From Lingula anatina (lineage: Eukaryota; Animalia; Brachiopoda): 64,000 nt of DNA. Made by a program: the position numbers and the translations under genes. Location: NCBI GenBank assembly GCA_051362555.1, contig CM120642.1:27776001-27840000 (forward strand), read 5' to 3'. Shown piece by piece: positions 12,446-26,300 of this stretch; positions within the stretch are counted from its first letter, which is position 1, and every line of letters begins with the position of its first letter. The notes beneath the pieces are model-generated. The model saw only the letters and a list, made by a program, of their open reading frames with translations, was not told where the DNA came from and searched no databases.

Positions 12446-13620
12446 AATATAACAATATTTTAATTAATTAATATTAATTAATTAATATGCTACTAATAGC
12501 AAAAGACATTGTTCGCCACATCAGACAAACCATGCATGCCTCCTGGACACACGGCTTTATGGAATTTCAAAACAACCAATCATTTTTCAGATTTGTTCCT
12601 CCTATTTGAGCACCCAGGCACACAACAAAAATCCGTTACCCCATCATGCATCATGCACAGCCTAATAACGTTCTATATAAGATACTTTATACATATCGAT
12701 ATCGGAAAATATTGTATAGGTTTGACCACGCTTAAAAAAAGAGAGAGTTACCTGGTGGGCAGGAGGGTGACGTCGTTGGACTTGCTTTACCTGGAGAGAA
12801 AATGGCATTGTCTATGATCAAAGCTCTTTAAGTCAATCATTCGGAAAAATTGCCAATCTTCATTATAAAAGTAAAATAAATAAAAGGTAGAAGATGGTAT
12901 TCATTCCAGCACTTTAAGCAAGCTTAAATGTAGTTACACCTTCTTAAGATATGATGTGACGCTACCAAGAGGAGTTTACTTGAAGTAAAATTGTACCTTT
13001 TTCATTTTTGCAATATTAAAAAGTGTTTCTTAAGAAAATGAGTCATGATCAATGAGGGAAAAGATCTGCTATTTGTATTTTGCACTTACCTGTAACTACC
13101 ACGGAAATAACTATGAATACCTCTGTCACTAAAAAGAAAATGGATTGATAACATTAATATTTTTACGGTTACCACAACAAATTAGATACATGTATGTATT
13201 TACAAGTATTAGCGCAATAAGTTGCCCTAGTGTTTTAACCCAGTGTTTTATTCCCTAAAAACCTAATACCTACAACCAGGAGTTAAAAAGTAGACATCTG
13301 TTATAATACAGCGTTCATCCAGCCATGCATACACCACCCCACGCACTTTGCCGACATTGTTCACTGTGACAGTGCCATAAGTAAATCATACGAGTGAGCA
13401 TAGTTGAATTTTAATTAAAATTTTACAATGTATCTTTACATTCTGTAGTCAATTATTCCTCTCCATTTTTTCCTTTTGTGGTGACCGTGTATATACATTT
13501 CGACTTTTCATAATTGCTGTCATGGTTTTCGATTTATAGCACACATTGTTTGTATCCATATTTCCGATAAAATTTCACGACGTTAGTTGATATGTGAAAT
13601 CCTGTATGTTTTGCAACTGT

Positions 13621-14502
13621 GAAATTACGCAGGCACCCAAAAGGCCACATTGTGAAATCTCAAACACCAGCGGTGAACTCTCTTTTGTCAGCGGTGATGA
13701 ATCGGTATCCCTCATGACGAAACTGGAGGAGATTGAATATGAAATAAAGCAAACCGTTAAGAAGGAGGACCTTAGTGAAATTATTAAAACAGTTGTGGGC
13801 GAAACAGTCAAAGAAATGAATGCTAAGTTACAGAACCTGGAAATAAAAATTGACGAAATCAGAGAAAGTAGTAAAATAGAAAATGAGGAAAATAAAAGGA
13901 AAATAGGAGTTCTACAAGACAAAATTGACGGACTAGAGCTGGAGAATCATAATTTGAGACAAACATTACGAGAAAATGACCAACGCATCGACAAAATGAA
14001 CAGAGCGATGAAAGAGGCAGCCAAGGTAGCTTCGTCGGCAATGATAAAAGCCAACCATAACGAACAATACAGCCGAAAAAACAATGTAAAAATATATGGC
14101 ATCCCGGAGTCTGAATCGGGCGATCAGACAACTTCTGCCCTAGTAATTAAAACATTAAAAGAGAAGATACAGGAAGAGGTGAAAGGCGATGATATTGTGG
14201 CAGTGCACAGAATTCCCGGCAAACCAGGGGAACCCAGGCCGATCATCTTAAAGTTAAAAAACACAGAGATAAAATCCCGTATCATGCGTAAAAGAGGTGT
14301 GCTTAAAAGGTCCGACAGAGCCCTGAGGCTAGCAGACGATGTTACAAAAGAAAACAAGGATCTACTTAAATTGCTGAATGACCATCCGGAATGTGAAAGT
14401 GCGTGGTATTTTAATGGCAGTATATATGCCAAGATTAACGGCAAGGAAGGCAAGAAAAAATTCGACATCGGGGACGACATTGGAACAAAAATTCGTCACT
14501 AA
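13621..14502 (+). CDS. L1/Tx1 ORF1p (coiled coil + RRM), open but lacking its native start
   Basis: Coiled coil followed by EQYSRKNNVKIYGIPE, AVHRIPGK..PRPIIL, LADDVT and AWYFNG. The ORF-track GTG start at 13594 lies in flanking DNA outside the TSD. Confidence 0.85.
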   Translation, partial: EITQAPKRPHCEISNTSGELSFVSGDESVSLMTKLEEIEYEIKQTVKKEDLSEIIKTVVGETVKEMNAKLQNLEIKIDEIRESSKIENEENKRKIGVLQDKIDGLELENHNLRQTLRENDQRIDKMNRAMKEAAKVASSAMIKANHNEQYSRKNNVKIYGIPESESGDQTTSALVIKTLKEKIQEEVKGDDIVAVHRIPGKPGEPRPIILKLKNTEIKSRIMRKRGVLKRSDRALRLADDVTKENKDLLKLLNDHPECESAWYFNGSIYAKINGKEGKKKFDIGDDIGTKIRH

Positions 14503-15237
14503 AACCTTAACACTATAATGTTGATGCAAGTAAAATTGATTGAAACGATACATCTCATGTCTTAATTTGTACAGAATAGTGCAAAAAAAGTAATATATAA
14601 TTAGGATCTCTGTAGATTTAATACATAGAAATCATACATGTAAAAAGTGGTAATTAGGCATATAGGATGTAAATAAGGAATTTTGTTTTATTTCCAATTA
14701 TCTTTAGTATTATCCTTATTGCTATTATAATGTTTTCTACATCCACGACAAATACAGAGTAAAGGTGTGCTTCATGTCTAATCACATAGACTAAATGTTT
14801 GCCGAAGTGGTATTATTAGAGAGTAAATGCTTGGCACAAGAGCACACAATTATGAAATTCTATTCATGTATATTGCTCTCTGCGCATCAGTGTGGAAATC
14901 TTTTGTCAGTGAATCCGTGGATGATGTGTGTGAATACCTGAGGAAAGACAAGCTACTTAAGACTATAGAAATAGGAAGTACTAGTGTGAATGAGATCGCG
15001 AGGATGGATGTTGTCTGTGTGGGAGGAGAACATGTGTATAACTTTTGGTGTGTGTGGCTCCTGCATTACACTTGCTGTTCTTTGTACAGACACAGATGTG
15101 TCTGCACATACTATAACTGTTATTTGTGTCTGCCGTCGTCATTGGTAACACCGTGACTTTCAAGGACAACATGATAAGTGGAAAGCCACAGGTTAGGTTA
15201 GAAAATCAGCTTCTTATATTTTTTCCTTCCACTCTAA

Positions 15238-18200
15238 ATGATTAAAATCGCCACAGTAAATTGTCAAGGACTAGGTAACCCAGAGAAGAGAAAAGACGTT
15301 TTGAATTATTATAAAGGGAGAAAATATTCAGTGATATGTCTTCAGGATACGCACTTCACAACAAAGCTAGAGCCCAATATTGAAACACAATGGGGCTATA
15401 CTTGTATCTTTAATTCATACCGCTCAAATTGTAGGGGAGTTGCAATTCTTTTTAACAACAATTTTGAGTTAGTTGTGCATAAAAAAACACAAGATGATAA
15501 AGGTAACTTACTCGTTGTAGACTTAACTATTAATGACTGTCGAGTCACGCTATTAAACATTTATGGTCCAAATGAGGATTATCCAGAATTCTTTGATAAG
15601 GTTAGGGAATCCATATTTGAATTTGCAAATACAAACATTATAGTGTGTGGAGATCTTAATATCGCAATGGATCCAATTTTAGATACTTTTAATTACAATA
15701 GGAATAATAACCCAAGAGCTAGAAAAAATTAATTGAAACTATGGATGAATTGGATCTAGTAGATTACTACAGAGTTATAAATCCTTCCAAAAGAGCATAC
15801 ACATGGCACAAAAAGAACCCAGTTAAACATGGTAGGCTTGATTATATACTAATATCAAATAACCTCTCAAATCTTGTCACGGATATCTCAATTAAAGCGG
15901 GTTACAAATCAGATCACTCGTCAGTTGTCTTAGAATTAAAATTTAATGATTTCGTTAGGGGACCCGGTCTGTGGAAATTCAATTGTTCTCTTCTAACCGA
16001 CAGAGAGTTTGTTGACAAAGTAAAACTAACCATTAAAAGAATAAAAAATCAATATGCCAATATTTTGGCAAAAGTATCCATAATTGATTGTATTCCAGAA
16101 GAAGACCTGCAATTATCCTTATCCGATAGCCTATTTTTGGAAGTACTACTAATGGAAATAAGGGGGGTAACTATATCACATGCAAGTGCTAAGAAAAAAG
16201 ATAAGAATAAGAAGGAAAAGGAACTTATTGATGAGATACAAAAACTTAAAGATGACAATGACGCAGGAAATTTAGTACATAATGGCATCTTGGAAGAAAA
16301 AATACAATCACTAGAAACATTAAGGAAAGAGAAACTACGGGGAAGCATGATAAGATCACGCGCACAATGGGTTGACGAGGGGGAGAAACCGACGCAATAT
16401 TTTTGTGGTTTAGAGTCCAGAAACTTTCTGAATAAAACTATACAGGTGCTAGATATAGATGGAAAAGGAACAGTCTACGAACAGTCAGAAATCCTTAAGG
16501 AGGTGAAGCTTTTCTATGAAAATTTGTATTCAAGCAAAGAAAATGAAATAGATGACGTAGACCTCAGTAATGTACTAGAACCGTATTCCTTTAATAAATT
16601 GGACAATGTTACTGCTCACGAATTAGATCAAGAATTTACATTAACTGAAATCCTAAGTGTTATTAAATCAATGAAGAATAACAAGTCCCCAGGAAGTGAT
16701 GGCTTTTCAGCCGAGTTCTACAATTTTTTTTGGAATGATCTCAAGTACTTTATCAGAAGAGCTATAAATGATATTTTTTTTAAAAAAATGTTGCCTATCT
16801 CACAAAGACTCGGAATCATTGTATGTCTCCCAAAAGGAGAAAAATCAAGAAAAGACATGAAAAACTGGAGGCCGATTACACTCCTGAATGTATTTTATAA
16901 GATTATTTCTGGATGTATCTGTGGACGAATAAAACGCACTCTGAATTCTCTCATACCTCCATCGCAGTCGGGTTTCATACCCGGTAGATACTTGGGTGAT
17001 AACATACGAGCAATATATGATCTGATGGACTATACTGAGAATAGACAGATTCCTGGCCTTCTAATGTTGATTGACTTCGAAAAAGCTTTTGATTCCTTAG
17101 CTTGGTCCTTCATCTATAAAGTTCTTAACATCTTCGGCTTTGGCAGAAATCTAATAACATGGGTAAACATACTAAACACTAACATTACAGCATCCGTTCT
17201 ACAATGTGGTTTCCTGTCGAAACCGTTTTCTATCCAAAGAGGTTGTCGACAAGGTGACCCAGTAGCCCCTTATTTATTTATATTGAGTGCTGAAATGCTG
17301 TCAATACTGATAAAGAGCAACACATTTATAAAAGGAATAACAATTAATGGAATCGAGAATAAGATTTTACAATATGCAGATGACACTTCACTTACATTAG
17401 ATGGATCGAAAGAATCTTTATTCAATTCCCTGGAAACCCTTGAATACTTTGCAAAATTATCTGGACTACACATCAATGCCTCAAAAACTAAAGTAATATA
17501 GTAAAGATGTGTACCATCATTCCAGATGGAAACTTTATTGAGGGGTACAAATATTTGAGCTGTTAGGCATAACTTTTTCAGTAGAGTTAAGTGACATGAT
17601 TGATCTGAATTATCAAAAGCAAATGACAAAAGTACAAAGTCAGATTAAACAATGGAAAAAACGCAATACCTCTTTGGTATAATACTGAAATTAAGATTAA
17701 CAACGCTTCGGTGTTTATCCCTTCCTGGTACAAACAAGGAATAAAAGTTCTTGGAGATATGTTGGACAATCAGGGAAATTTAATGAAAAAGAATGTGCTT
17801 GAACAAAAATTCAATTTGAGAGTCCAAACTATGCAGTTTAATAGCATGTACAGTGCAGTTAAGGTTTTTCTAAGACAATTTGATAAGGAAAAGGTGGCTA
17901 TTACAGTCACCCCTTACTACCCGTTTCATTTCAAGGGGCTTATGCTAAATGAAAAAGGAAACAGATATGTATATAATGTCCTAAATAAGAAAAATATTAT
18001 TCCCACTGGTGTCTGTACATGGAACCAAAAACTATTCAATAACGGGGACGCTCGCTTAAAAACGGAAGAAATTTTTGAGACTTGTTTTGGAACTTCTCGA
18101 GATACAACGTTACAATGGCTTCAGTTTAGAATAATACATAGGATACTCCCTTTGGGTGCTTATTTGAAAAAGATTGGCATTCAGGATAATGACATATGTG

Positions 18201-18558
18201 GCTTTTGTAAAAGAGACCGTGAAGATCTCCTTCATGTGTTTATACAATGTAATAGTGTGCGTCCTCTTTGGAATAAGTTTCAAGACCATATACTCGAAAA
18301 AACTAATGTCAATTTGGATCTCGATGACTATAAAATCTTGTTTGGAATAAAATGCACAACGGAAAGTAAAATTTTTAATTTACTTATTATGTTTGGAAAA
18401 CTATATATTTACAAGTGCCTGAAACAAAAAAAAGACCCCAAGCTTTCAAAGTCTTTTGGGTTACATAAAATTTATGTATCATGTTGAAAAAATCATTGTT
18501 AAACAACTTTGTTAAACAATGGGCACAATGGTTACCACTTTTTGTTGAAGGGGAATAG
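15238..18558 (+). pseudogene. L1/Tx1 ORF2p (APE endonuclease, RT, zf-RVT), disrupted
   Basis: Endonuclease motifs TVNCQGL, CLQDTH, NIYGPN, GDLN, RLDYILIS and SDHS. RT motifs KSPGSDG, WRPITLLN, DFEKAFD, RQGDPVAP and QYADD. C-terminal CGFC...HVFIQC. There is a frameshift in the A-run at ~15725, a disruption at ~17500, and an apparent deletion joining QWKKR to PLWYN at ~17667. Confidence 0.93.
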
Positions 18559-20377
18559 CAGTAGCATCCCTTTCTTTATCTTTTGGGTTTAAGTTTTCTA
18601 TTATATTTTATTTAATTTTGTTTTGTTAATCAGCAGGCACTTAGAGATGAAGTTACTATATTTGAGTGAAATGGACAGACAACTAATTAGTCTATTTTTG
18701 TAAACACAACTGTGTAATGCAAGGATAATATACATATTAGCAGTGACCAAGTATGAGTGTTGTGCGTACGTGGGTATGTGTGCGTGTATGAAAGGAACAT
18801 ATATATATACTCTATTTGTGTTTATTTATTTACTTATTATTATTTTTTTCCATAATAAAAAAAAAATGTTTTGCAACTGTAATTCCATGGATTTCTGAGG
18901 TCTGAATGCATTAAAAATGGAGGTTATATATAACGGTTGAAGTGCTATGAGAAGATTTTCCAATAAAACCCCTTTACCTTACTCTTCGTTAAATAAATTT
19001 CATTATAAGAGTCATAAAATGGTTTTTGTATTTGATAAAATTGTACACGTTTTCTTGTTTATTTCAAAACATACACGTTTATTTGGCAATGCAAGTATGC
19101 AGTGTAGGCTATGTTTCATAAAGCATCCTACTTTCTTTCAAGTACATAGGCATGCAATTCCTTTCTCTCTAAAAATTAAGTGAAGCTTTAGTCCGCAAGG
19201 AGATTATCATCATTATTGAAACTCCGTACTCAGATAAATATAATTTATTGGGCACAATAAAAGGATTTATGTGGGATGAGATTATCAGTGTTAGACAAGT
19301 TTCCCAGGGAGCTTGGCTCTTTTAAAACACGCTCTAGATGTTTCCTCCTTAATTTCAGTAAGGATATCTCCTTTGTGTTTTCGCACTTAGACTTAATTAC
19401 TTTCAAGCGGCACTTGTGAGACAGAATTAGGGGGTGCAACCTAATTGGACAATGCCACTTTGCCTCTGTAAGAGCAGCCAATCAGAGGCATATGAGTTCA
19501 GTTACTCAGGAGAAAGTTAATGCTCTCCCTCACTATTCTAATAAAATTCTCAGCATTCAGTAGTGCATTATTCAGGAAAGAAAATTTTAAGGTGAATTTT
19601 GGAAAAGTTATTCAAACCCAACCCTGCCCCCCCCCCCCCCCCCCCCCCCCCAATGAAACAGATTTGAGCATTGGTTAAATGTAACATGGTTGTATTTATG
19701 ATAGTTAGCTGTAAATCGTTTGGCACATTTATCAGTAATTAAAGATCATCTAGATATCATTTGTTTATTAATATTTATCATACATGTGAGATATATTACT
19801 TTAAAGCAATAGTTAGGTAAATGTACTATGCAGGGCACATGTGGCAGTACAAAGGCCAAGAGAGACAACTCTTATGATTGGGCTGTCAGAGCAATGAGGA
19901 AACCTACGTCCCCGTCCTAAAAAGGTAGGGGTTGCGTAGCTCGCTCTCAGCCTAGGCTGACTTTAGAACGTGAAACTTCTTTTTAAAAAATAACTGCCCT
20001 TTGTGGCCCTTTTTTCCCTCCATCTTTGTTAAAACTTAAAATTTTATCTGAAAATTGTAAATAATTTACCATACATGAGTATCATTCATATAATATTATG
20101 TAACTATATGTATTTTGAATTCGTACTTTGTGTATTAAGCAAAGTACAAATGTCAATAAAATGACATTTTCAACTAACTACTTATTCTGTTGTAATTGAA
20201 GAGATCACGAAATTGCCGACAGCAAACTAGCCCCAGAGACTCCTCTCAATTCATGCACACTTAAATAATACTTACATTTCATTTTTGTAGACTGCAACAC
20301 AGACTGACTTCTCCGACGTTTGTTCTATCTCACTGTATGAAATGACAAGAAAAAGATATAAATAAACCACATATCCG

Positions 20378-20379
<2 letters not shown>

Positions 20380-20468
<89 letters not shown>
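20380..20468. repeat. Compound (TA)n(GA)n microsatellite
   Basis: Direct read. A poly-C run also lies at ~19627-19651. Confidence 0.95.
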
Positions 20469-20473
<5 letters not shown>

Positions 20474-21719
20474 ACCGTGCAAGAGTACTAAAAAGTGGTA
20501 TAACCGATTTTCTTACAACCTCACTACTTACATTCCATCACTTTTAACTTATAGTATATTTCCACGAACATCTTCACATAAAGCATTTTAAAAATATTAT
20601 TAACAACCCAAGTGCAGTTATGCAAACAATTACCAGCCATGAAGTAAGCCTTGAGATTCCGGATCCATTACAGAGTGACATCAGACCAAAATGACTATTT
20701 ATCTAGAGACCTATCTGTGAAAAGATCAATCTGTCGCCATGGTAGAGGGTAAGCCATGATGTTTGTGCCCCCCCCCCCACCCCACGTTTAAGAGATCAAC
20801 GTTGGGCAAATGATTTTCCGCTTGTTTTCTTTTCATTATGTTACCCAAATGTTATATGTTGGAGATCAGCAATAAGAAATTCCCATGCCATGTAGTTGAA
20901 AGTGCATGTAGACAAGCATGAATTCTTTAAACGTGGGTGGAGCGCTTCAGTCTACTGCATAGTTGCGGCTTACTGTTAGCACCTCATAAGTAGCCAGTAT
21001 TGTACACTACCACTCCATTTGCCTGACTTTACCACACAACAGTGTCAACCTGTTCCCTCAGGTAAAAGTGATATATTTTCGGTGAATATCTTACCTTCTT
21101 GTAAAGCGTCCTGGGATTGAAGAAAACACAATTAAGGTAACCTCAGTAGCTGATGTAATAGCCGATGGTGGAAAATATCGATGGACAGGTCACTGCTGCC
21201 AGGTCAGAGATAAAAGATTCAGGTGACCTACCTCTATTTTTCCCCTATGTTAATTAATTCACTCAGACTGTCCTTAAAAAGGTATCATGTTGCAGACTGT
21301 GCTCCTATGCCTAGATCGATCTATCTGGATCGATCTAACTCCCTGGTGGGTCTACGGGGTGGAAAATTGATCACATCATTTAGTGACCGTATCCAATAGT
21401 GCTAATAAAGAGGTCGTAAAGAAGTGTTATTTAGGCAGTGGGTCCAAATGAAAGAATTTAGCATCTTAAAGTAACTTTATTAAAGAGACTTAAAATCTAT
21501 TTTCGTAAGCTTTTGATCGAATATATACGGAACAAAAATATAAACGCACGAAAGAATAATTAGATTTATTTTCATATATGGAACTAGAGTATTTAGCTAA
21601 AAATAACAGCAATTTTTTCTCGACAAATAGACATAACTTTGAGAGCATTAGGGGAAGTTGAAATGCATAGTTCAAGAGTTAGGGCATCAAATACACCATG
21701 GTATGGAAGCGTGTAAGGG

Positions 21720-21973
21720 TCACAACACCAACACCAAAAACAAAACTCACAACACAAACACCAAAAACAAAACTCACAACACCAACACCAAAAGCAAACT
21801 TCACAACACCAACACCAAAAACAAAACTCACAACACCAACACCAAAAACAAACTTCACAACACCAACACCAAAAACAAAACTCACAACACCAACACCAAA
21901 AACAAAACTCACAACACCAACACCAAAAACAAACTTCACAACACCAACACCAAAAACAAAACTCACAACACCA
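21720..21973. repeat. 27-bp A/C-rich minisatellite, about 9 copies
   Basis: Unit CACAACACCAACACCAAAAACAAAACT, with an ...AAACTT variant. It explains the spurious repetitive ORFs on both strands. Confidence 0.95.
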
Positions 21974-22093
21974 ATCAAAGAGCGCTTTAAACAAACCTGA
22001 GTATCATGTATACCGTATCATGTCTGCATTAGATAACCACTCTACTTGACCCACTTCAGTGGCCGTTAAAGAACAATCAATTGTCAAGTTTAA

Positions 22094-22535
22094 GGCCCTT
22101 TGATTGAACAACCATATTTTCTCTCATATTTTAGTTTAGAGGTAAAAACTAAAATAGGATAGAAAATATGGTTACTTTGGCTGCTTGGCACGGCTGTCTA
22201 TCCTGCTTTTGTGAAAAAATCTTAGATGATCTGATTAAGATTAAAATAGATCATTTTCTCTAGAAGGGTTGGAATTGCCACTACTCTTTAATTTGCAACC
22301 TTGACAAGTGATTGATTGTTCTTCAATGACTACTGAAGTCGGTCAAGTTGGAATAGTAACCCGGTGCAAACATAATACATATGGTTCTCAAGTTTGCTAC
22401 TAGCCTCTGTGTTTAAAATGCTCCCCGTGCTTGTTGTTGCCAAAGCAACCAAAGTAACCATATTTTCTATCCTATTTTAGTTTTTACCTTTAAACTAAAA
22501 TATGATAGAATATATGGTTGTTCAATCAAAGGGCC
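22094..22535. mobile_element. TTAA-flanked MITE with ~97-bp TIRs (Kolobok-like termini)
   Basis: TTAA at 22090-22093 and 22536-22539. TIR GGCCCTTTGATTGAACAACCATAT...GGCA (22094-22190) matches the reverse complement of 22438-22535. Confidence 0.85.
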
Positions 22536-23399
22536 TTAAACCATTGCAAGCTAATTAACTTTGAGACACTTCTCGGGCTTAACATCCAGAAGTCACACGT
22601 ACATCGCTTCTGACTGTTAAATCGTTTAAGTCATGTTTATCAACTTCTGTAGTTGAGGATGATGCCTGAATATCACATAATCATATGAGAAAAACATGAT
22701 TTTTGAATAATTGGCGATCCTCAAATGTAGCTGGGATTGATTGATGTGTAGGAATAGATTCAGAAATTGACAGTTGACTCTTAATTTGTTCTACGTTACG
22801 TTATTATTTCTACAAGGACCACACCTTCATTACTGGTGAGCTTTATTTTTATAAACACTGTGCCCCAACAGCCGCACAGCTGAATCCGAAATCTCAATTA
22901 AGCTTTATTGTGTAAAAGTAAGACACAAACTTAACATCTTGAAGAGTTGGAACTGCCTCTACTCTTTCATGTGTAGGCTTGACAATTGATTGATTATTCT
23001 TTAATGGCCATTGAGTGGTCATATAGTGCAAATATTCATATAATTTACTACTATGTAGAGAAGATGCCTCATTTTCTTTCAAATAAGAAATAAGAAAGAC
23101 TAAAAACATGTTTTAATTCACTGTGACTTGTTTAAAATATATTCATATACAATTAAAAGAATCAAATGAAAATGTCAATTAATCTGGGGTGGGCACTGCT
23201 AAATCCACGCACATTATAGATAGTAGTTTATGGATAAGAAAATTTTTTTCCTGGACAGTGGTAGAAGGTCCACAAGAGATTGAAACTGAAGCTGAGACTG
23301 GTAGGAGATATTTCTCAACTATTGGATGTCAACCAAAAGAATACCACCACATTGCTGTTATTGTATGACCTTGAAAGATTAACACCCATTGTCCCATTG

Positions 23400-26300
23400 T
23401 GAAAATTCATCATTTTAAAGTTTTTTTTTAAGATCACAAAAATATTTACCTGTGTGCTTTTGACTAAATCAAGTTATTTAGCAGGACACAAGTACAAAAT
23501 TTGTATTTTAATCCATTTTTAAAGCAGAAATAGCGAAAAATGGAAAATTTGGTTGACGCCATCTTGAATTGTGAATTTAAAAATTTGACTCCCAAGGACA
23601 TGTAACATTTAACTTTTATTGATACTACCTGTTGTGCAATATTTGCAACTTGACTGTTCTTTTAGGCAAATAATTAATTTTATTTCTAAAAAGTGGGTTT
23701 TTTTTGTTATAATCTCTTAAGATATTATTACAAAGTATAGCCATCTATGGATTTCACATGGTCTGATGAAAAGTTCAGATATCAGAATAATAGCTATGAC
23801 TGCCCTTTTTGTAGTAAAACAAAATATATTATATTTCTGCGAGTTGTTTACACTGTTTAAACTCAAGTTGGATGATTCATATCATGGTTATGCACCTAGA
23901 CTGAATGGCAGCTTTAGTGGAATATATTTGTAATTTTTTCTTTAATTTTTAATTTTTCAAACTGGCATTTTTAAGATGTTTTCACTTTTCAGCATATATG
24001 CAACACTGTAAACACATTTCAAGAAAAAAACGATAGGCCTGTTGTCATGAAACTCGCTGGGGTAATGGATCTCATTAAATTGAGGTCAAGTTCGAAAAGC
24101 GGCATGATCGGGCCACTATTTTAGTAGTTATGCTTTTTTCCCCACTTTTCAGCATATATGCAACACTATAAACACAATATAAGGAAAACAGATAGGCCAA
24201 TTGTCATTAAACTCACAGGAGTGGTCAATGCTGCTAAAACACACGTTGAGTTCGAAAATCAGCATAATCGGGCCATTAATTTGGAAGTTATGCTGTTTTT
24301 TTCACATTTCCTCACATTCAATTCTTAGGCATGTTAACAGTCTCATTAGTTAACTAATAAGATACGTACAAGTGTTTGTTTGACATTTCCTGCATCTTTA
24401 CAACATTGTTAGTTGATTTTGTAAAAATAATGGTAAACTTATTATCGTGTATTGTGTAATAAAGTTTCAAAAGTGGAAATAAACTCATGTCATAGCAGTT
24501 TGTCAGATTCAATCATTCACTATGTTCAGAATCTCAGAATGGAAGAAATTGGCTATTTAACACTGCTCTATTGATATTTTTCTTAGTTGATCATATAAAA
24601 ATGGCAGTAAACTGTTAATTTTGTTTTATGTAAAAAAAAAAAAACATTTCAGAACAGTGCTGTCTTGTTTACATTTTGGCATTTTCAAGTTGTGACTTTG
24701 AAGTTCCATGGGCCTGAAGACCTTCCCATATCACATTTTCTGAATATCCATGATACTAATATTTTATTATTAAAAATTGATGGTCATTATGCTGTTAAAC
24801 GTTATGTAATATTGCATCAAAAAACTATTTTGGGCACTGCTCCCATGATGACCATTTAAGAAAAACCAGGTCACTTACTGTTCTCAAACTTGCAGGAAAG
24901 AAACATGCGACTAAAATACAGCTTCAGTAGGCAATGCAGTCTGTTTGGTAATTCTTACTGCCAGTTAAACAGTTTTTTTTTTTTGTGAAAATTTAAGTTT
25001 TCACAAGATATGCTTGAAGACCTGTGCTAGTCACATTTTCTGAAAATCCATGATACGTTTATTTTATTTTCAAAAGTTGCCGGTCTTTATGCTGTTAACC
25101 ATTATGTAATATTACATCAGAATAGAAGAAAACACAATTTTGGGTGCTGCTGCCATGATGACCATTATGGGAAAACCATGTTATTTATGATTGCCAAACT
25201 TTCAAAAAAGAAATACAGGGCTAAAATGCAGCCTGAGTTGGAAAAGTAGTCTAATTGGCTTCTTTTTCTGGAAGTTATACATTTTCAAAGTGTGAACTTG
25301 AACTCCCATGGGCCTGAAGCCTTATGCTTGTTACACATTTTACTTACATTGGTATTACCTGTTGAGCATAATTAAAATTTAATGTTGAATTTGCAGTTCA
25401 ACATAATGTACTTTTTGCATCAGAATTGACAGTAGCCTATTTTGTGCATAGTTATTTCCTGTTTTTTGTCTGTACATTTGACAGCTTTGCTGCCTTGTTT
25501 TTTTAATGTTTGAAAAAAGATTTTTTTATAATATTAACTCAAAACATTTACTTATAATGTATGACAATATTAGGTGGGTTTGGCCAGTCTATGAAAAATG
25601 TATTTAAAAATGGCAAAATTTGGGCATTTTAGCTAAAATTTGAAATTTTGGAAATCTGCCATTTTTAGAGTTGTTTTTCTAAATTTTTAGGACTGTTTAA
25701 AATATTAAGTAATATGCATTTGACTAAATCAAGATATAATATTTAGCAGGATACTAAAATGAAATGTGTGTTTTATCCATGCTTGTTTAGTTTAAATCTG
25801 AAATAGGGACATTTTGCCATTTGATTGCCGCCATCTTGGATTAAGAATTTTAAAATTTGAATAATTTTTTGAAAAATGTGTTTGAAAAAAATTTATTTTT
25901 GATTAAAACAGTTCAATAATAGGTGGCTTTGGCCAGTGTATAAAAAGTGTATTTGAAAATGGCAAATTTGGGCATTTTAGCAAAATTTTGAATTTTTGAA
26001 AATTCCCCATTTTCAAAGTTATTTTTTTAATTTTTAAAGGCCAGCAAAAAATAATATTTTTTATGTTTTTCAATAAATCAAGATTTGGGATTTAGCAACA
26101 TACAAATATAAAATATGTGTTTAACCATGTTTGTTATTTTTAATATACACAAATATGTAAAATGTGCAATTTGGTTGCCGCCATCTTGGATTAAGAATTT
26201 TAAAAATTGAATAATTTTTTGAAAAATGTGTTTGAAAAAAATTTTATTTTTGATTAGAAAAGGACAGTACATGTACTTTCTTATGTAATGTATGGTGATA

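Larger units (their letters stand above)
13621..18865 (+). mobile_element. L1/Tx1-clade LINE, near full length, 5'-truncated inside ORF1
   Basis: 15-bp TSD ATGTTTTGCAACTGT at 13606-13620 and 18866-18880. AATAAA and an A-tail at 18854-18865. Contains ORF1, a 735-bp inter-ORF spacer and ORF2. Confidence 0.95.

Noticed and set aside
13594-13620. GTG start of the 302-aa ORF1
   Set aside because: It lies in flank/TSD outside the element and comes from the bacterial-style start calling of the ORF track.
21593-22000. Cys/Trp-rich or mucin-like protein ORFs
   Set aside because: These are translations of a 27-bp minisatellite on both strands, with no supporting gene structure.
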